This document shows positions 62,446-64,000 of a DNA stretch of 64,000 nucleotides, one piece after another. The position numbers and the translations under genes were made by a program. The stretch's first letter is position 1, and every line of letters begins with the position of its first letter. Source of the DNA: an uncultured Candidatus Binatia bacterium (GTDB lineage Bacteria > Desulfobacterota > Binatia > Bin18); the NCBI GenBank assembly GCA_965214605.1, contig OZ243961.1:640001-704000 (forward strand). Direction: 5' to 3'. Below the pieces are notes generated by a model, which made no database searches, had not been told where the DNA came from, and saw only the letters and a list, made by a program, of their open reading frames with translations.

Positions 62446-63525
62446 CTAAGAAAAGTGCGGAATGACCTGCTCTCCCCATAGACGAATCGACTGCATCACT
62501 TTCTCATGCGGGATATTATAATTCTGCATCAGACACAGCAACTGATCGACCCCCATTTCTTGATACTGGTGGACTTTGTCAACACAATGCTGCGGGTCGC
62601 CAACAATGACCATGCTCTGTTTGTCCAAATAATCAAAGGTAAACTTGTCTTTATCCACCTCGCCAAAGCGCTGGTAGTACTCATAGCCCGAGCCCTCTTT
62701 CAGAAATTTTTCCATCGAGGTTCCAAGCATTTCAAACGACTTTTCGTTATACCATACCACCCCCTCCTCAGCTTCTTCGCGGGCGGCCGCATTACTGTTT
62801 GAGCAGTGGACCAACGAGAAGACCGCCGCCTGTTTGTTGACAAAATCGCCGACCGGCGTGGCCTGATCGGCGGCCACCTTATACAGCTTTACCCGACGGC
62901 CAACCTCTTGCAGGTTGAGCGCCAGGGTAAAGGACAGCAACCCTAGCCCCTTTCTGCCCGCTAGCTCATGACTCATTGGGCTAGTGCAGGCCATCCACAG
63001 GGGTGGGTGCGGTTTTTGGACCGGCTTGGGGATCACGTGGCGGGGTGGAATGCTGAAATACTTGCCCTGGTGGGAGAAGAGATCATCCTGCCACATGCGG
63101 GGCAGCATGGACAATGATTCTTCCCACATGCCACGGGTATCTGCCGGGTCAATGCCAAAGCCGCCCATCTCAAGCATGGTCGCCGACCGACCAGTACCGA
63201 ACTCAAGGCGCCCGTTGCACATAATATCAAGCGTGGCACCCATCTCCGCCACGCGGGCGGGATGGTTATACGGTGCCGGCAGCAAGCGGACCCCGTGTCC
63301 AATCCGAATCTTTGAGGTTTTGGCGGCAATATAGCCGTACAGAACTTCCGGTGCCGAGCAGTGAGAGAATTCATCCAGGAAGTGATGTTCAACAGTCCAG
63401 AAGGTGTCAAAGCCGACCTGCTCGGCGAGTTGAACCTGCTCGACAACCTCGTGGAAGATACGCGCCTCGGCTCCGGGTCCCCATTTGCGCGGAACGGTGA
63501 TCTCATAAAAGATGGCAAATTTCAT
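62446..63525 (-). CDS. Luciferase-like (LLM class) flavin-dependent oxidoreductase
   Basis: GFD.FW.VEHHF, HPARVAE..ATLD, GRLEFGTGR, PKPVQKPHPPLW. Confidence 0.93.
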   Translation of the reverse strand: MKFAIFYEITVPRKWGPGAEARIFHEVVEQVQLAEQVGFDTFWTVEHHFLDEFSHCSAPEVLYGYIAAKTSKIRIGHGVRLLPAPYNHPARVAEMGATLDIMCNGRLEFGTGRSATMLEMGGFGIDPADTRGMWEESLSMLPRMWQDDLFSHQGKYFSIPPRHVIPKPVQKPHPPLWMACTSPMSHELAGRKGLGLLSFTLALNLQEVGRRVKLYKVAADQATPVGDFVNKQAAVFSLVHCSNSNAAAREEAEEGVVWYNEKSFEMLGTSMEKFLKEGSGYEYYQRFGEVDKDKFTFDYLDKQSMVIVGDPQHCVDKVHQYQEMGVDQLLCLMQNYNIPHEKVMQSIRLWGEQVIPHFS

Positions 63526-63544
63526 GCTCTCCCCCGACGGCTAT

Positions 63545-63571
63545 AAAAAAGGGCGACGTGAGCGCCGCCCT
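63545..63571 (-). terminator. Intrinsic terminator-like hairpin after the VOC gene
   Basis: Minus strand GGGCGGCG-CTCA-CGTCGCCC followed by T6. Confidence 0.7.
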
Positions 63572-63580
63572 CTCTCATTA

Positions 63581-64000
63581 CTACATACCGCTGATCAGTT
63601 CCAGAATTGTACCGTCCGGGTCTTTGAAGCACACCACTCCGATGGTTGCTCCGCCGGGCCCATCAATTTTCTTGAGCGGCGCCACAAAGTCAACCTGCAT
63701 TTCCTGCAGATCGGCGTACGTCTTGTCGATATCGTCCACCGTGAACGCGATCCGGCAGATCCCAACATTGTTGAGCGTTGGATACGGCGTGCCTTGTGTC
63801 GGCGGATCTATGAACTGTACCAGATCAAGCACCGGCGCGTTCTCATCGTCGCCCAAACGCATGAATACACCGCGTAGCTTCTGAACCTTGAGCCCCAGCG
63901 CATCCCCAACGGTTGGATCGTCCAAGACGAAATCATTGACCTTATTAAAACCCAGCTTTTCATAGAAGCTGATTGAGCGCTCCATATCGGTGACGCACAC
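63581..64000 (-). CDS. VOC/glyoxalase family protein, 5'-truncated by the window edge
   Basis: VTDMERSI.FY..LGF, IAFTVDDID, FKDPDG.ILEL. Confidence 0.9.
   Translation of the reverse strand: MCVTDMERSISFYEKLGFNKVNDFVLDDPTVGDALGLKVQKLRGVFMRLGDDENAPVLDLVQFIDPPTQGTPYPTLNNVGICRIAFTVDDIDKTYADLQEMQVDFVAPLKKIDGPGGATIGVVCFKDPDGTILELISGM

Overview
A 64 kb stretch of GC-rich bacterial chromosome. The core-gene order and the accessory LLM, amidohydrolase and VOC genes suggest a deltaproteobacterial-type lineage, possibly Binatia; this is inference only. About 11.5-49.3 kb is mostly housekeeping. On the minus strand it carries gspE, lepB-lepA, a UDP-sugar cluster, mtnP, rlmN-ndk, sucCD, tsaB-rseP-cdsA-uppS-frr-pyrH-tsf-rpsB, rho, rluD-ribF and a complete tol-pal operon. 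On the plus strand it carries gap-tpiA-secG-tRNA-Leu, an M16 protease, prmA-rsmE-gshB and tRNA-Phe. The standout locus is at 5-11.5 kb. A metY-metX-metW operon sits back-to-back with a DsrE-family protein and a TusA-like sulfur carrier fused to a folate-domain-less 'core' MetE-type Zn enzyme, followed by a stand-alone sulfite-oxidase-fold protein and a NUDIX hydrolase. This is a candidate sulfur-relay-coupled methionine or alkyl-thiol transfer system. A second candidate is the tightly packed minus-strand operon at 56.8-64 kb: VOC, luciferase-like monooxygenase, wHTH-SAM methyltransferase, hydantoinase B without A, a small Cys-rich protein and a cytoplasmic BisC-like Mo enzyme. Smaller oddities include an orphan replication-initiator-like wHTH gene, a G12 tract in uxs, dxr and pgk missing from their usual operons, an orphan GspE, and a T-stem mismatch in tRNA-Phe. 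No CRISPR array, rRNA, transposase or integrase was seen. All calls come from motif recognition by eye, with no database searches.
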